Shown here piece after piece: positions 1 to 13,564 of a stretch of DNA of 64,000 nucleotides. The position numbers were made by a program, and so were the translations under genes. The notes beneath the pieces were generated by a model, which was not told where the DNA came from, did not search any database, and saw nothing but the letters and a program-made list of their open reading frames with translations. Numbering within the stretch: the first letter of the stretch is position 1; each line of letters starts with the position of its first letter. Origin of the DNA: Lama glama (Eukaryota); NCBI GenBank assembly GCA_028534125.1, contig CM052818.1, forward strand, positions 36,148,001 to 36,212,000. The letters run 5' to 3'.

Positions 1-1209
1 ACAGAAATGAATTTGGAGATTTTGTTTCCCTGTGTTCCCTCTCCTCGCTTTCCTGTGCTGACTTCATTCCTACCCCTGATGGCCTCACCAGGAAGTGGGG
101 CAGCTCCAAGTTTGCCTTATCCCAATTTAATGAGCTTAGAAAAAGAAAAACTTCTTTCTCTGGTCTTTAATATATCTGAATTGCAGGAGGGGATTCTGGC
201 CCAGCTCAGATATGTGCATGTCCTTTGAGCCAGGGACATGAGGTGCTGTGATGTTTAGATCAAGTGACCACACTTGGGTGGAAGGGGCAGGAGAAGTCAA
301 TTTGACACTCAGGAAAACCACACAGAAGGGTGAGGTTGGGGGGTAGATCAGTTTCCTAAAAGGAGGAAGGGTGCTGTTAGAAGAAGAGGGCAAGAAAATG
401 CTGAACAGGTTATTACAAGTTTCTGCTAAGACACTTAATTGTATCCCAGATTTTGGCACTTTTCTCTACTTTGAGATTATAAACTCTTTGAAGGCAAAGA
501 CTATATATATAGATTTAGGAGTCAGGTGGCGTTGGATTGGATCCCCTGTGAATCTTTATAGTACTTTGCACAGAACTAGGTGCTCAATAAACAGTTGTTT
601 ATTTTAATTCCTGTTTGGAATACTTTTCATTATTTTGGTTCATTCTAGACGTCGTTTTAGGTAGGCATTATCTTTTCCACTTTTAGTTATTGACTTATTT
701 AATATATTTAATTAGTATTTACATTAAAGTAATATTGAATAGTTATTGAATTATTTAGTAATTGCTTCTGTGTTTAGTTCAAGATCTTACTGAATAAAAA
801 TTATGGGTAACCTGGTTAAACTGCATATGTTAAATACATGATTAAGCAAAATTCCTCTTCAAGTATTATGAGAAGCACATTGTTTCCCCTTTTTTTAATG
901 GATTGTTTTTTTATTGAAAATGAAGTACCAAGTCAAAGAATTGTGAAAGATTTTATGTTCCTTAGAAATGAATTAGTACAAAAATAGATGATTTTAACAT
1001 GTATTTGTCCTCAGTGGCTACGTACCTTAAATACTTGCTATAGTCAAGATTTTTTAAATCATCCAGATGTTTTTTAAGACTTTTCATTTTTTTTGCTTTA
1101 GTTTCACTTGCTTTAGGATTTTTATCATTTAATGCAAATGTCACATTTTTACATGAGACAAAGATTTTTCAATCAATGGCATATTGACTTCTTTTTATTG
1201 TCTCCTTAG

Positions 1210-1346
1210 GAACTGAGAGAAAGCTACAATACACAGCAGTTAGCCCTTGAACAACTTTATAAGATCAAACGTGACAAATTGAAAGAAATTGAAAGAAAAA
1301 GATCAGAGCTAATACAGAAAAAGAAACTAGAAGATGAGGCTACAAG
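1210..1346 (+). CDS. ITSN2: ITSN2 exon, coiled coil ([46 protein letters not shown])
   Basis: ctccttag|GAA ... ACA AG|gtaata; 137 nt, phase 0 to 2. Confidence 0.93.
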
Positions 1347-1534
1347 GTAATATCACTGATAAATTTATTATGCTAGGTTGCTATTAGAATTCTGATTTTG
1401 TGGCCCATATCTTCAGTTTTACTATGAAAATTTAAGAGGAATAAAATGATTATCCTAAGATGTTAATTAGATTATAAATTTTAGAAGTTTTTCTTTTAAG
1501 GATTGGGTTTGTAGTAACCAATTTTATGTTCTGT

Positions 1535-1760
1535 TAGTGAAAAATATGGACTTTGGAGTCAGACCTGGATTAGAATTCTTGATCTGCTACTGATTATCCA
1601 AGGATGACCTGGGTTTAGTCACTTTACTTTTCTAAACCTCCATATTTCCATATGAAAAATGGAAACATTAATGCATACCTCATAAGTAACTGAGAATTAT
1701 AAATAAAACAATGTAGCTAAAGAGCCAAGTATGTTTTGCAGGTAATAAGCACTCATTATT
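1535..1760 (+). mobile_element. MIR SINE fragment
   Basis: ggactttggagtcagacctggatt...gatgacctggg...tcactttactttctaaacctc...aaaatgg resembles the MIR core. Confidence 0.6.
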
Positions 1761-4237
1761 TCTCTCCATAGTAAATCTATTATTGTTTCCTGAAAAATCA
1801 TAAAAACCAAGTACTTAATTTTATGGCGTGGTAAATACTGAATGTAGAACTGCCAGGTTGGTGCAGTTCTCTTTGTATATATCTGAGATATATCAACTGC
1901 CTCCATATATCGTAATAAGTAAGACAGCTGTGGTATCTGAATCATAGAACCATCCATTTAGAGACTTTGCATGATTTTTTTTCTATCAGTAAGATACTAT
2001 TTCTAATATGTTCTTCTGTTTCTCCCAAGTTCTCTAGTGTCAGAAATTATTATAATTAGTTAACAAATATCAGTGAACTGACATTTCTTTGCCTTGGAGA
2101 AGAGTAGATGAGTAATGTCCATGAAAAACCTAATAGTTACTGTGGAATCAAGAATGACACATCACCATATAGCAGTTCCCTTCTCTTAATGGCTTCAAGT
2201 AGCCACTTGTAACATGTTTTTATTGAGTGGTCATGGTTGGCTGTGATGCAGGTAGACTCGGGGTTACTCTTTGCACCTAGATTTCTCATAATTCTATAGG
2301 AGATTCAGAGCTAAACAAATAGCTATAATACTCTCTACTCCAAGACTTCTACTTTTGTGACCCCCTAACAAAAGATACTAGAATAATATAGAAGTAGAGA
2401 CCATGAAGTTCAAATGAAGAAGGCTTTTATTTGCTGCCTAACTTGTGCCACTTAACATTGCACAAGGGAACTGTGTAGTGGCTCCACAGCTAGTCACTGT
2501 GTCAGAATTTTCTGTTGACACATGCAAGTATCTTGGTATCTCTTTACTGCTCACAATTCCTTTCAGGCCAGCAGACCGTATTAGTAGAACACATTTCATT
2601 TCATTTATCAGCCTCACACATTATCCTACTTTAGTAGAGGGAAAGAATCAGAACAGAAGCAGATGTAGGATTGGTCTGGAGCTGTGTCTTAGTACTGTAT
2701 CCCGACTTCTTGACCATTTCTCCAGCTATGTTGCTTTCTTGGTCCAAGCTATGGGTAATAGTCAGGTTTCCACATTGTAGATGTGGCTCTTTGCCCTTAG
2801 TCCAGCTTCTGAGGCATCTTCTGGCTGTGGACCAGTTTCTCATCCACAAGTTTCCACGTGAGAAACTTTACCAAAATTTAATTTTATATAATTCTAACTC
2901 TCTAGTCTTTTCTTTATCTCAGTAAATATGTGGTAAGTACTCTGATAGTGGTGTTTATAATGCTATGGGAATTTAAATAAAGGTAGATTGGGTCATCCTA
3001 GGCATGGGAGAGTGTCAGGGAAAGTTACAGAGGAACTGGGAAAAGGAATGTTGGTTGAAATTAAGTAAGGACTGCAAGAGAAGCATGCCCCTCAAAGGAG
3101 AGTCGGATATCAGATACAGGAGGTGTTAGAGGAAGCACTCTGTGAAGTGATAGAGGGTATGGGAGGGTTTACAAAGGGTTGAGAGAAGCTTGTCGTGGGA
3201 TAGTGAACCAGGAATATGAAGCATTAGATATTATGGAAATGAGGAGGAAGGGTTGATGACTAAGTGGCTCTCTAGTTGTTGGAATTATTGGAGATTTCCA
3301 AATTCCTCCAGGAATTATGGGAGTAGAGATATGGAATGAAGCCAGACTTTCACGTTGGTGGGGCATAAATGCCCCCAAATCTCAGGGATGCATCTGGTCA
3401 CAATCTCCACTGCCCTGTTAGTGTGTACGGAGGCTTGAAGAAGGTGCTGAATTTAGTGGTGACAGCTCTGCCTCCTGTAAGATCATGAAAAACAGATGCA
3501 CAGAAGAGCTACGATGAGCATTAGTTCTAATACTAGAACAGCTGAGTCTGATCATAGGTCATTGTGACCAGCTAGAAACTAAGCTGCAGCTACATCAGAC
3601 GTCAAAGAAACATGTACAGAAGCATGGCCCTTTATAGGAAAAATGTTCTATTATCTAACAAATGACAAAGACTTTTAAGTGATAATATAAGAAATAGCTA
3701 ATCTGTCCAGAAGCATTTCCTATTTCCACAGCAATGCCTAAATCCTGAAGATAAGGAATAGCTAGAATAGTGGGAATGAGAGCTGGAAAGCAGTCCTTGT
3801 GAAGAATCTGGAGAGAAGAGGAGGAAATTTAGGTGTTTTCTGAACAAGTCCATTTTTAGATTTGTTTTCTGAATAGTTCCATTTCAGGTTTTCCCCCTTT
3901 TTTCTTGAGTCTCAGAGGTTGGCTGATAGGAAGAAATTTGAGAGTGTGAGAAATTGTTAGTCATACTCCCCAGCTTGATCTATGTGTCCAATATTTCTTT
4001 CTTGACTAATTGATTGATTAATTGATTTTCTCCATCTGCCTTGATCCCCACAGTTTCTCCACACCCCCTACTAATATCTCTTTGCAGTAAACTAACTATA
4101 TAATTATAGAAGATTAAATGTGTAAGAAATATGTAATTTTTCTTCAACTTGCCAGGAACAAGATCTTCTATTATGTTTTTATTTTGTGTAAAAAATATTT
4201 TAAGACATTATGCAAAATTATTTTCTTTCATGTAAAG

Positions 4238-4386
4238 GAAAGCAAAACAAGCAAAAGAAAACTTATGGAAAGAAAATCTTAAAAAGGAGGAAGAAGAAAA
4301 GCAAAAGCGACTTCAAGAAGAAAAAGCACAAGAGAAAGTTCAAGAAGAGGAGCGGAAAGCTGAGGAGAAACAATGTAAGGATAAGG
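4238..4386 (+). CDS. ITSN2: ITSN2 exon, end of coiled coil ([29 protein letters not shown]...EEKQ[CKDK]); alternative donor after 4374
   Basis: tgtaaag|G AAA GCA; two phase-1 donors, CAA T|gtaagg (4374) and AAG G|gtaaaa (4386). Confidence 0.85.
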
Positions 4387-5423
4387 GTAAAAATAATTCG
4401 TTCGATTTTTCTGAAACAGAGCAACAAAAGCAATAAGAAAAAGATTCTGATGAACAAAAAAAAGAAGAAGAAAATTAAAACAGATGCTGATCCTTAGAGT
4501 CAGAAAAAACCATTTTCTAAATTAAACTTGGATAAGAGAAGTTTGTAGGTTTATTAAGACAGACGGAGGGTAGAAATCTTAAAACAACACGGAGCAAAGA
4601 AGATAGTTATCACAAACTATGAATAAACCCTGACAGAGTTTTCATTATTGAAGTAAATAGTTTAAAATATTTTTATTCTTAAAATATTTTTATTCCACCA
4701 GTGTAACTATTTATTTTAATGAAGCAACAGTAAAATTTTAAGTCTTTGCACATTGAAATTTTCTCAGAAGGTATACTTTGGAAACACCATGAAGTCCATT
4801 TCCAAAATACTTTAAATATTATTGTATTTCTTTTGAATGCTTATTAATGATACAATGTGCTGAAAATGTTATAAGGTAAAGCATTTATTCTATTAATGAG
4901 CAAAGTATCTTTAATCTGTTACATCTAGTGTACTTGTGAACTCTTCTACTGTGTTTTTTAGAATCATACTGATAAATCTGTAGATCTTTCTTCAGTCAAC
5001 GGTGTTTACTTGCTGATCGTCTCATCTGTGACCTCCCTTTGTGCTCTTCTTTCCTTTGATATTCTGACCTCCACAGATCAAATTAAGCCTCTTGCAGCTT
5101 AGCCTCCCTCCACTTCGCACACTTAGTCACCACTCCCGCACCTTCCCTTATCCATGCACATGGCCCACCCTGCAAGTGGTCTCTCTGTTTTACTGCCTCC
5201 TGCTTTAGTTAAGATGCACAGTCTTGTTTGTTTTATATTGATTCTATGCCTATTGAAGATACTTAAGTCCTAACAAGCCCATATCAAATGGTTTTTCATT
5301 ATACTCTTTGCTCAGGTTTTTGAGTTTTTTGTTGTTTTTTTTTTTTTGAGCTGTTTATTGAGTCATAGCAAAGATGAGTGTATATAGGAAAGCAGCAAAT
5401 AATGACAGTTATCTTCTCTTTAG

Positions 5424-5521
5424 GTGAGCCAACTGTTGCTTTGGTGAATTACAGAGCATTATATCGCTTTGAAGCAAGGAGCCACGATGAAATGAGTTTT
5501 AATTCTGGGGATATAATACAG
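5424..5521 (+). CDS. ITSN2: ITSN2 exon, start of SH3A ([32 protein letters not shown])
   Basis: ctctttag|GT GAG ... CAG|gtagga; 98 nt, phase 1 to 0; ALYxF SH3 motif. Confidence 0.95.
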
Positions 5522-5924
5522 GTAGGAAACAGTCTTTTTTTTTTTTTCTCATGAATAAGCTGAATGCAATGTAACATGTTACTTTCTATAATAATAATAT
5601 TGAATATAATTTTATATGGTGATTCACCATTTTAAAAATATATCTTAAACATTGCCTCATTTGGCTCTTATGACATACTGCAGGGCTGTGTGGGGCAGTT
5701 ATTATTACTGCCATATTCTAGGTAAGGAAGGCTTACACCAGTTGTAACTGTCAGCAGCATGTTGCCAGAGTGGGGTGCAAGTACATGTCTTTTGATTTTC
5801 AAATCCAGTGTTCTTTCCACCATGCCGTACTACTATATGTCATAAAAGGTGATACTGATTTTGTTATTTTAATAAATTACCAGTAAAATTTGGGGGAGCT
5901 GGTTATTTTCTGGCAACCATTAAA

Positions 5925-6130
5925 AAAATTGTAGAATAGATAAACAAGATTATACTGTATAGCACAGGGAAATATATACAAGATCTTATGGTAGCTTACA
6001 GAGAAAGGAATGTGACAATGAATATATATATGTTCATGTATAATTGAAAAATTGTGCTCTACACTGGAATTTGACACAACATTGTAAAATGATTATAAAT
6101 CAATAAAAAAAAACTTAAAAAAAAATAAAA
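5925..6130 (+). mobile_element. 5'-truncated L1 3' end (cetartiodactyl-type) with A tail
   Basis: actgtatagcacagggaaatata...acaacattgtaaaatgattataaatcaataaaaa. Confidence 0.8.
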
Positions 6131-6802
6131 TAGTTGAAGGAGTTAGGTTCTGTGGCTCTAACTAGATACCGACTCTTGTTCTTTGGAATAAAAGGTTTTT
6201 ATTATATAATCACAGACCATGTAAAATGGATGAATAAGATGCAGGGAATAGCATTTGTTAGAGCTGTTGTGATGTACTGAAGAGAATACAGGCTTTAGAA
6301 GTATGCCAGCTTGGATTTTAGTCCCCGCTTCAGTTTTCTTCTTAGTAAATAAGTTATATTACCTAGAATACCTAGCCAGTTTCTATTCTCTTATCTCTAT
6401 ACACTGTTCATCAGTTAGGTAGCAAACATTCAGTGATACTTGCAATAGGGTTTACCAGAACTATCTATTCAAATACCCAGAATAATCACCAGCTACACAT
6501 TCCTTCTGTTGCTATCACCACACTGACAGTGCCATGGTTGCTCCTCACTGAGGGAAGTTTGTTTTACAGGCAGCTTAAGTCCACAGTCTGCTGGCCATAT
6601 CATTCCTCTTCTTCTAGTTGATGATGATCAAAGTCCAAGAATGAGTAAATACAGCCTATCTCTGGGCACGTTTCGTCAAGAGCCTACTTGTATATTTGGT
6701 TATATATATTTTTTTTATTGTCCATATACATGTTGTCCTTATAAATAAATGGACTTAGGACCAAACTTGGAAATAAAATCTCTACATAAGTATAGGAACT
6801 TC

Positions 6803-7037
6803 TTTTTTTTAATATTTTTTATTGATGTATAATCATTTTACAATGTTGTGTTAAATTCCAGTGTTCAGCACAATTTTTCAGTCATTCATGGACATATACA
6901 CACTCATTGTCACATTTTTTTCTCTGTGAGTTATCATAACATTTTGTGTATATTTCCCTGTGCTATACAGTGTAATCTTGTTTATCTATTCTACAATTTT
7001 GAAATCCCAGTCTATCCCTTCCCACCCTCCACCCCCC
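6803..7037 (-). mobile_element. 5'-truncated L1 3' end of the same family as 5925-6130, opposite orientation
   Basis: Reverse complement aligns by eye to 5925-6115; T tail at 6803. Confidence 0.8.
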
Positions 7038-7054
7038 TGTATTTGGTTATATCT

Positions 7055-7960
7055 TTTATTTATTCTTTCAGCAAATATTTGTTGAGGGCTATGCTAGGCT
7101 GGGGATATGTGAACAAAACACAGTCTCTGTTCTTAATGAGTTTATAGTCTGATGAGAAAGACATAGTAAAGAAGTAGAGAAAAGAAGGTAGAGGAAGGAA
7201 GGCTATAGACTGCTACCAGCTGTAGAACAGACCTCTTCCATGGTCAGAGAGCCAGTCTGGAGGCAGTGACAACAGGAACATAAAATTAACTGGAATTTCT
7301 TGAGTGCTTGTGTTGTCTACCGAATATGTAAAAGAATGAGTCATGGGTTACTTACCAGATACCTGATCTGGACAGTTTGGTTGATAATAGTGTCCTTCAC
7401 TAAGAGAGGAAGATTAGAAGGTGGAAATATAAGTGGAAATTGAAGTGAGGTTCAGTTTAGGCTGAGTTTCATATTTCTAGGCAACAATTGGATATCCAGA
7501 GATACCCAGAGAGAGCTCAAGTAGAGATCTCAGGCAGAGATCAGAGGAGGCCAACTTGGATGTCATCAGTGTGTCTGGTGGTAATTGAAGACATGACTGT
7601 AGTGGAGATCATCCAAGGGAATAGTGAAGAAGGGGGAACATGATTAAGGATGCAATCCCTGAGAAACATGGACACTGAAGGGACTGTTAAAGGAAGAGGA
7701 GCCCTAAAAGAATGACTGGAGGTAGGGGAAAAAACAGGAGTTTAGTGCCAGGGAAATTTGAGAAGAATGGTCCACATGTAAAATAAGACAATACTAAAAA
7801 AAAAAAAAATTGACAACAGCATAGTTATTGTTAACCTTGAGGAGAACAGTATTGAGTGAAGAAGTGGAGAAAGAAGCCAAATTTCAGTGAGTTGAGGAAC
7901 AAATTGGAAGGGAGGAAGAGGAGCCAATGAATGTATAAAACTCTTTGGAAGAGCTTGGCT
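7055..7960 (-). mobile_element. L2 LINE relic (boundaries approximate)
   Basis: Starts ttattctttcagcaaatatttgttgag (reverse of the L2 3' end); purine-rich L2-like body. Confidence 0.55.
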
Positions 7961-10119
7961 TTTAAAGGAGGAAGGGAGCGAAGATGGTAAATAATGAGGA
8001 ATATGGGTTGAGGGAAGTTGCTCTATTTTTTTGTTTTTATCTTTTGGTTTTTTAACTTGGCAGAAGCTTGAGCAAGTTTAAATAATGATAGAAAAGATCT
8101 GCAGCTCAGAGGGGCAAAGTTAATGATACTGGAAAGAGTAAATCACTAGTAGAGGAAGATTGCTTTTTCTAATTAAAGTATGACTTACATTTAGTAAAAT
8201 GCACAGCCATAAGTCATGAGTATACAGTGCAAATAATTTGTTCACGTGTATTTCTATGAAACCACCACTCAGATCAACATACAGAATACAGAGCACTGAG
8301 GAAGGTACCACATGCCTCCCTGTCACAGACCTCTCTGTTTTGATCAGTGGATGGAGATGAACATTCATGAGAATCTGGAGGGCTTGGACCTAGAGCACAG
8401 GGAGAGGGAGTAGTGGAAGAACTTGATACCTCTTCCTTTGTGATTGGAGGGCTAGAAGAAAAGATGGGTGGGATCATAAATTTGCTGAGGTAGAAGGTGA
8501 GGTCAAATATGAGGGCTTCTGTTATTCTTGGTCAGGATAGCAGCAAGTTCTGATCAGCTTATTGGATGAGGGTGGCAGAGGAGATTTGATTGAAAATTAA
8601 AAAGATAAGAAATTCCACTGAACCCTGACAACATTTTTCATGACAGCTTGCTTTTCCTGCCCTATCTATTAATGCTACTTTTGAAGTAATAGTTTCCCTA
8701 GGCCTGTGAAAATTTATGTAAAACTTTCTGGTTTAATCTGTGTAAACTGACAACTAAAAATTCATTAGAACTATAAATGATACATATGAAATTGATTGAA
8801 ATTGACCCCTTACAAAGCAGAGTTGGTTTCACTCTGAAAAATAAGTGAATGGGCCTTTTCTTCTTCGTAAGGTTGAAAATACTAGGAAATAGTATTAAAG
8901 AAATTATGATTTTTAAAGTTTGTAGGAAAAGGAAGAAGTGTTTGAATGCTAGTACTCATACCTTTCAAGTGATTCCTTGCCTTGAGACCAAATACTTAAA
9001 TCAGGTTTAGGTTGCATTTCTCGGGTTAATTGTGTTCTTGCCTTCATTTTTAGTGCTCTGGTTGAGCGACTTTAAACAGTCTTAAACTAGATCTACAGGA
9101 TGATATTTAATCGGTGGTTCCTCATGTTCTACTTCAGAACATAGTTTTATGGTGGTTACCTGGCTGTGATGCTGTCTGTGAGATTTAGCCACCACAGCTC
9201 TGATTGGGGGATTTTCTAAATATCTTATTCATAATCTAATAAATAGCCAGACATGTAACATTAAAATGAGAATTATTTACCATGAACACAAGTGAAGTTG
9301 CCCTGACAAAAACTCCATTTGTTATCAGTTAAGCTTTAAATCTGTTGTTTATCTAATTTAGAATAGTCCGTTCGAGTTAACATTCGTTGAGTTTCTAACC
9401 ATGTGCCTCCTGGGGATATATAAAAATGAATAAGGAAGTCAAAGTTTAGGAAGAAAAAAGAAGTGTGTTTAACTGTACAGAATATAACATGGTAAGTTTA
9501 GATTAATGACTTAGAGAAATAAAGTGCTGTCGGAACCCAAGGATGAAGCAATAACACAACCAAATAGAATTGGGAACGTTTTCCCCAAGAAGAGAATGGA
9601 GGAAGGACTCAAAGGATTCTGTTTCATACTTGTTTAGTGCTTTACAGTTTACTAAGCATTTTTATGAATATTCTTAATTTAATTCTCAAAATAACCTGGA
9701 ATAAGATAGGACAGGTATTTTTCCCTCAGATTTTATGGATGAAGAAACTGAGGCCTTAGATGGTATTCATTATCTCACAGCAGATTACCAACCAGCTGGC
9801 ATGGCTAAAGCTGAAGCGTAGTTCTTTACTTCCAAAGTCTGTGCTCTTTCTCGTAACCCACATAAAATTCTGCCAGGAGGAATAGCTTGAACAAAAATGC
9901 TGAAACATATGAGCACCTGACCATTTGCCTAGAAAATGGAACAGGTGTTGAGAGATGAAGCTAGAAAAGTAAGCTCACACTTGACAAAGAAACCATAATT
10001 TCAGAGGCCTTGAATTCTACACCAAGAAGTTTGAACTTTGACATGCTTAAAACTACAGTGACGGAATCTGCCAGGATAAATATTGTGATAAGTCTGCAGT
10101 GACTCATATAGAATAAAAG

Positions 10120-11765
10120 ACGCTGAAATTGGAAAGGGAGAAGTAAGATTTAATTTGCAGAAGACATGATTGTCTATGTAGAAAATCCCATAGAATCTAC
10201 TGGAAAAGAAAAAAAGCTTTTAGATCTAATAAGTAAGTTTAGCAAGCTTGTGTGGCAGGATACAAATCATATACAAAAATTAGTGTGTTTCTGTTTACAA
10301 GCAAGTAATGTTCAGAAATTGAAATAAAAATACCATTTATGATAACATAAAAATACGAAATGCTTAGAGATAAAATGGATAAAAGATGTGCAAGACCTGT
10401 TATGAAGTATTGTTGAGAAAAATTGAAGACCTAAATAAATGGAAAGCTATATACCATGTTCATGATTTGGAAGGCTCAGTATTGGTGATAAAGCAGTTCT
10501 CCTCAAATTCTCCTATTATAGTCAAGGCACTTTCAATCAAACTCCCACCAGGCTTTTTGGTAGAAATTGACAAGCTGATTCATAACCAAAACAACTTTAG
10601 AAAAAGTAGAACAAAGTTGAAGGCCTATGCTACCTGATTATAGGTGTATTGTAAAGTTACAGTAATCAAGATGGTGTAGTATTAATATCCAGATAGGTAA
10701 ATAGATCAGTGGAACAGAATAGGTAAAGAGATCTACATCTCTATATTTATATAACTGATTTTTACAAAGGCAGTTCAGTTGAGAAGGGATACTCTTTTCA
10801 AAAAAAGCAAATAATACTGGAACAATTAGCTATCCATATAAACAAAAATGAATTTTGGCTAATTGCTTACAACATACATAAAAATTAGCTCAACATAGAT
10901 CAAATGTAAATCCTGAAATGTAAAACCTAAAACTGTAGAACTTATAGAAGAAAACATTGGAGAAAATCCTTATGACTTTGAGTTGCTTAAGGATTTCTTA
11001 GATACAACATAGTACGAGGTTTCTTTCTGATGGAGACTGTTCTCCATCAAACAGTAGTTGATTGTGGTAATGATTGCACAACTGAATATACTAAAATTCA
11101 TTGATTTGTATACTCTAAATGGGAGGATTGTATGGTGAATTTTCTCTCAATAAAGCTGTTATTGTAACAAGATAAACATGGATCCACCACATGAGCCAGC
11201 CATTCCACTCCTAGATCTTTACTCAAGAGAATTGAAAACATTATGTCCGTACAAAAACAGATGTTCATTGTGACTTTACCTGTCATAGCCAAAAACAGTT
11301 CAAATGTTCATCAGTAGGTATAAACAGATAAACAAATAGTGGTACATCCATACAATGTAATACTACTCAGTAATCAGATGGAACTATTCACATTCACTAC
11401 AACATGGATGGATCTCAAAATAATAATAAACAGTAGGCTGAGTAAAAGGAGTCAGACCAAAAGGAAAAAGGATATGTATTGTGTGATTTTTGTTTATAGA
11501 AAGTACTAGAACATGCAGAGTAATCTTTAATGACAAAAAGCAGACCAGTGCTTTCCTGGAGAATGAGGCAAGAGTCATGTGGAGAAGTGGAAGGGAGTGC
11601 TTTCAGTGGATTAAGAAGAAATATTCGGGGGTGATGGATGTGTTTATTATCTTGATTGTGGTGATTTTTCACAAGTGTATACATATGTCAAAACTTAACA
11701 AATTTAATACCTTAAATATGAATTTTATATGTTTGTTATACCTCAGAAACCTATTTTTAAAAATC
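10120..11765 (+). mobile_element. Old L1M relic: degenerate ORF2 plus 3' UTR pieces
   Basis: tttgcagaagacatgattgtctatgtagaaaatccc reads FAEDMIVYVENP, the RT FADD motif region; ORF 10386..10637 is ORF2-like. Confidence 0.85.
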
Positions 11766-13391
11766 TAAATGGATGCAGAGTCATTTGCCATACAAATTCT
11801 ACATGATTTGAATTCTACTGTCAAATCTGTTTTAGAAAGGTCATCTGAAGAGTGTAGAAAATGTAGTGGAGAACAGAGACACAGTTGGCATATTAATTTG
11901 TTCATGACTTTAGCAAATTAGTATTATGCAGGGCAAGGGTATCAATGAAAGGGCTCACAAATTGAAGAAATACATGTAAATAAAGAATAATGTAGTATGA
12001 CAAAGCTAATTATGGTAGTATAAGATAATTCTGGCCTGGGTTGGGGGCAATTAACATAATCTTGAAGGATGAGTAAAGAGTACAATAATCTGGCTGTGAA
12101 ACGGAAAAAGCCTCAAGTAGGTTAGGAGTGTTAAGGTTGAAAAAGAATTCAGAAAACCTTTTAGTGGCAAAATCAATAGAGTATGGACAGGGAAATGTAA
12201 GAGAGGTAAGAGCCAAAGATTTTTTTTTATTTAAAATGATTAAGTCTTTGGTAAGAATTACAGAGATAAAAGGAATTTAGGAGAAGGAGTAGATTAAGGG
12301 AGAAAAGAAGTTCAATCTTAGACTTAAGTTGGCAGTTCCTATGGGACATCCAGTTGAAGATGTCTTAGTAATTGAAAGTATAGGGTTGTCCCTTTGGCAA
12401 GAAGTCAGTTCTGCAAATATAGCTTTCATTTCAGATTCATTATTGTATAAAGAACTGATCAAACTGTAGGAATGAGGAGGCCTGTTCTGGAAGTTGTGTA
12501 GCATGAAGTAAGAAAGTCAGTGATGAAACTTGAGATATTATCAGTGTTCAAGGGACAAAGGACCAAGAAGCAGAAGAAGAGCTGCTGTGAGGACAGAGGA
12601 TGTTGGACTGTAAGAGGGAAATGTCTGGGAGAAGAAATGAAACTATAAATCACCTATGTGTTTTACCAGTGAAAAATAGTATGCGGAGAAAGTTTTCTAG
12701 TTCTCTTTGAGAGTTCAAAAATCCTCTAATAAGAAAAGAGAAAACAAAGCAAAAAACAAAGTGATGAGTAACCATAGGAAAATAGAAAGTTTACAAAACT
12801 AGAAATGTAATTAGCAGAACACTGCATGACTCAGATGTAAATATTAATTTACATAGTCATAATAATATAAAAATTGAATATAACTTAACCAAAAGTTATA
12901 GCAATATTAGTAAAATAAGAGGATACAGTAAACATGAGTTAAATTTTTGTTTTCTATAACCAAAAACCAATAGATAATGTCTAAAATTGAAAAGTTCAAA
13001 CAATAAATAGCAGCATAAATACATTATTTAGAAATGTGGAAGATAATACAGAAGAAACAGCTAAGAAGAACAAGGTGCTATTAGGAGTGGAAATCAGGGC
13101 ATAAGGAGCATGTGGTCTTCTATCATAGGCCCTGTAGAATGCTATTTGTTTTTGTAAACTATTTTTATGTATTAACTTGGAAAAATTAAAAATATGTAAA
13201 AAGACACCTTGTCAATCGTTAGAGATAGTAACCTATTAATTTGTAGGAAATGCCTTTGCTATTTAGTTAGATGGGCCTGAATTCTGAATTCTAATTCTGA
13301 AAATTTGGCTGTTAAACAGTGGTTTGCATCCATTCCCATCATAAATGTGTGGCTTTCTAACCACTGTTAACCCTTCTCTTTGTTTCCCTAG

Positions 13392-13564
13392 GTTGATGAA
13401 AAAACTGTAGGAGAACCTGGTTGGCTTTATGGTAGTTTTCAAGGAAATTTTGGGTGGTTTCCTTGCAACTATGTAGAAAAAATGACATCAAGTGAAAAAT
13501 CGGTGTCTCCTAAGAAGGCCTTACTTCCTCCTACAGTATCTTTATCTGCTACCTCAACTTCTGA
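13392..13564 (+). CDS. ITSN2: ITSN2 exon, SH3A C-terminal half ([30 protein letters not shown]...)
   Basis: ttccctag|GTT ... TCT GA|gtaagt; 173 nt. Confidence 0.96.

Noticed and set aside
4210..4497. 95-aa Lys/Arg-rich ORF and its antisense Leu/Phe-rich ORF
   Set aside because: Off-frame and antisense readings of the A-rich ITSN2 coiled-coil exon.
4662..4695. 17-nt tandem duplication ttaaaatatttttattc x2
   Set aside because: Ordinary slippage duplication in an AT-rich intron.
10386..10637. 83-aa ORF
   Set aside because: Degenerate L1 ORF2 fragment, not a host gene.
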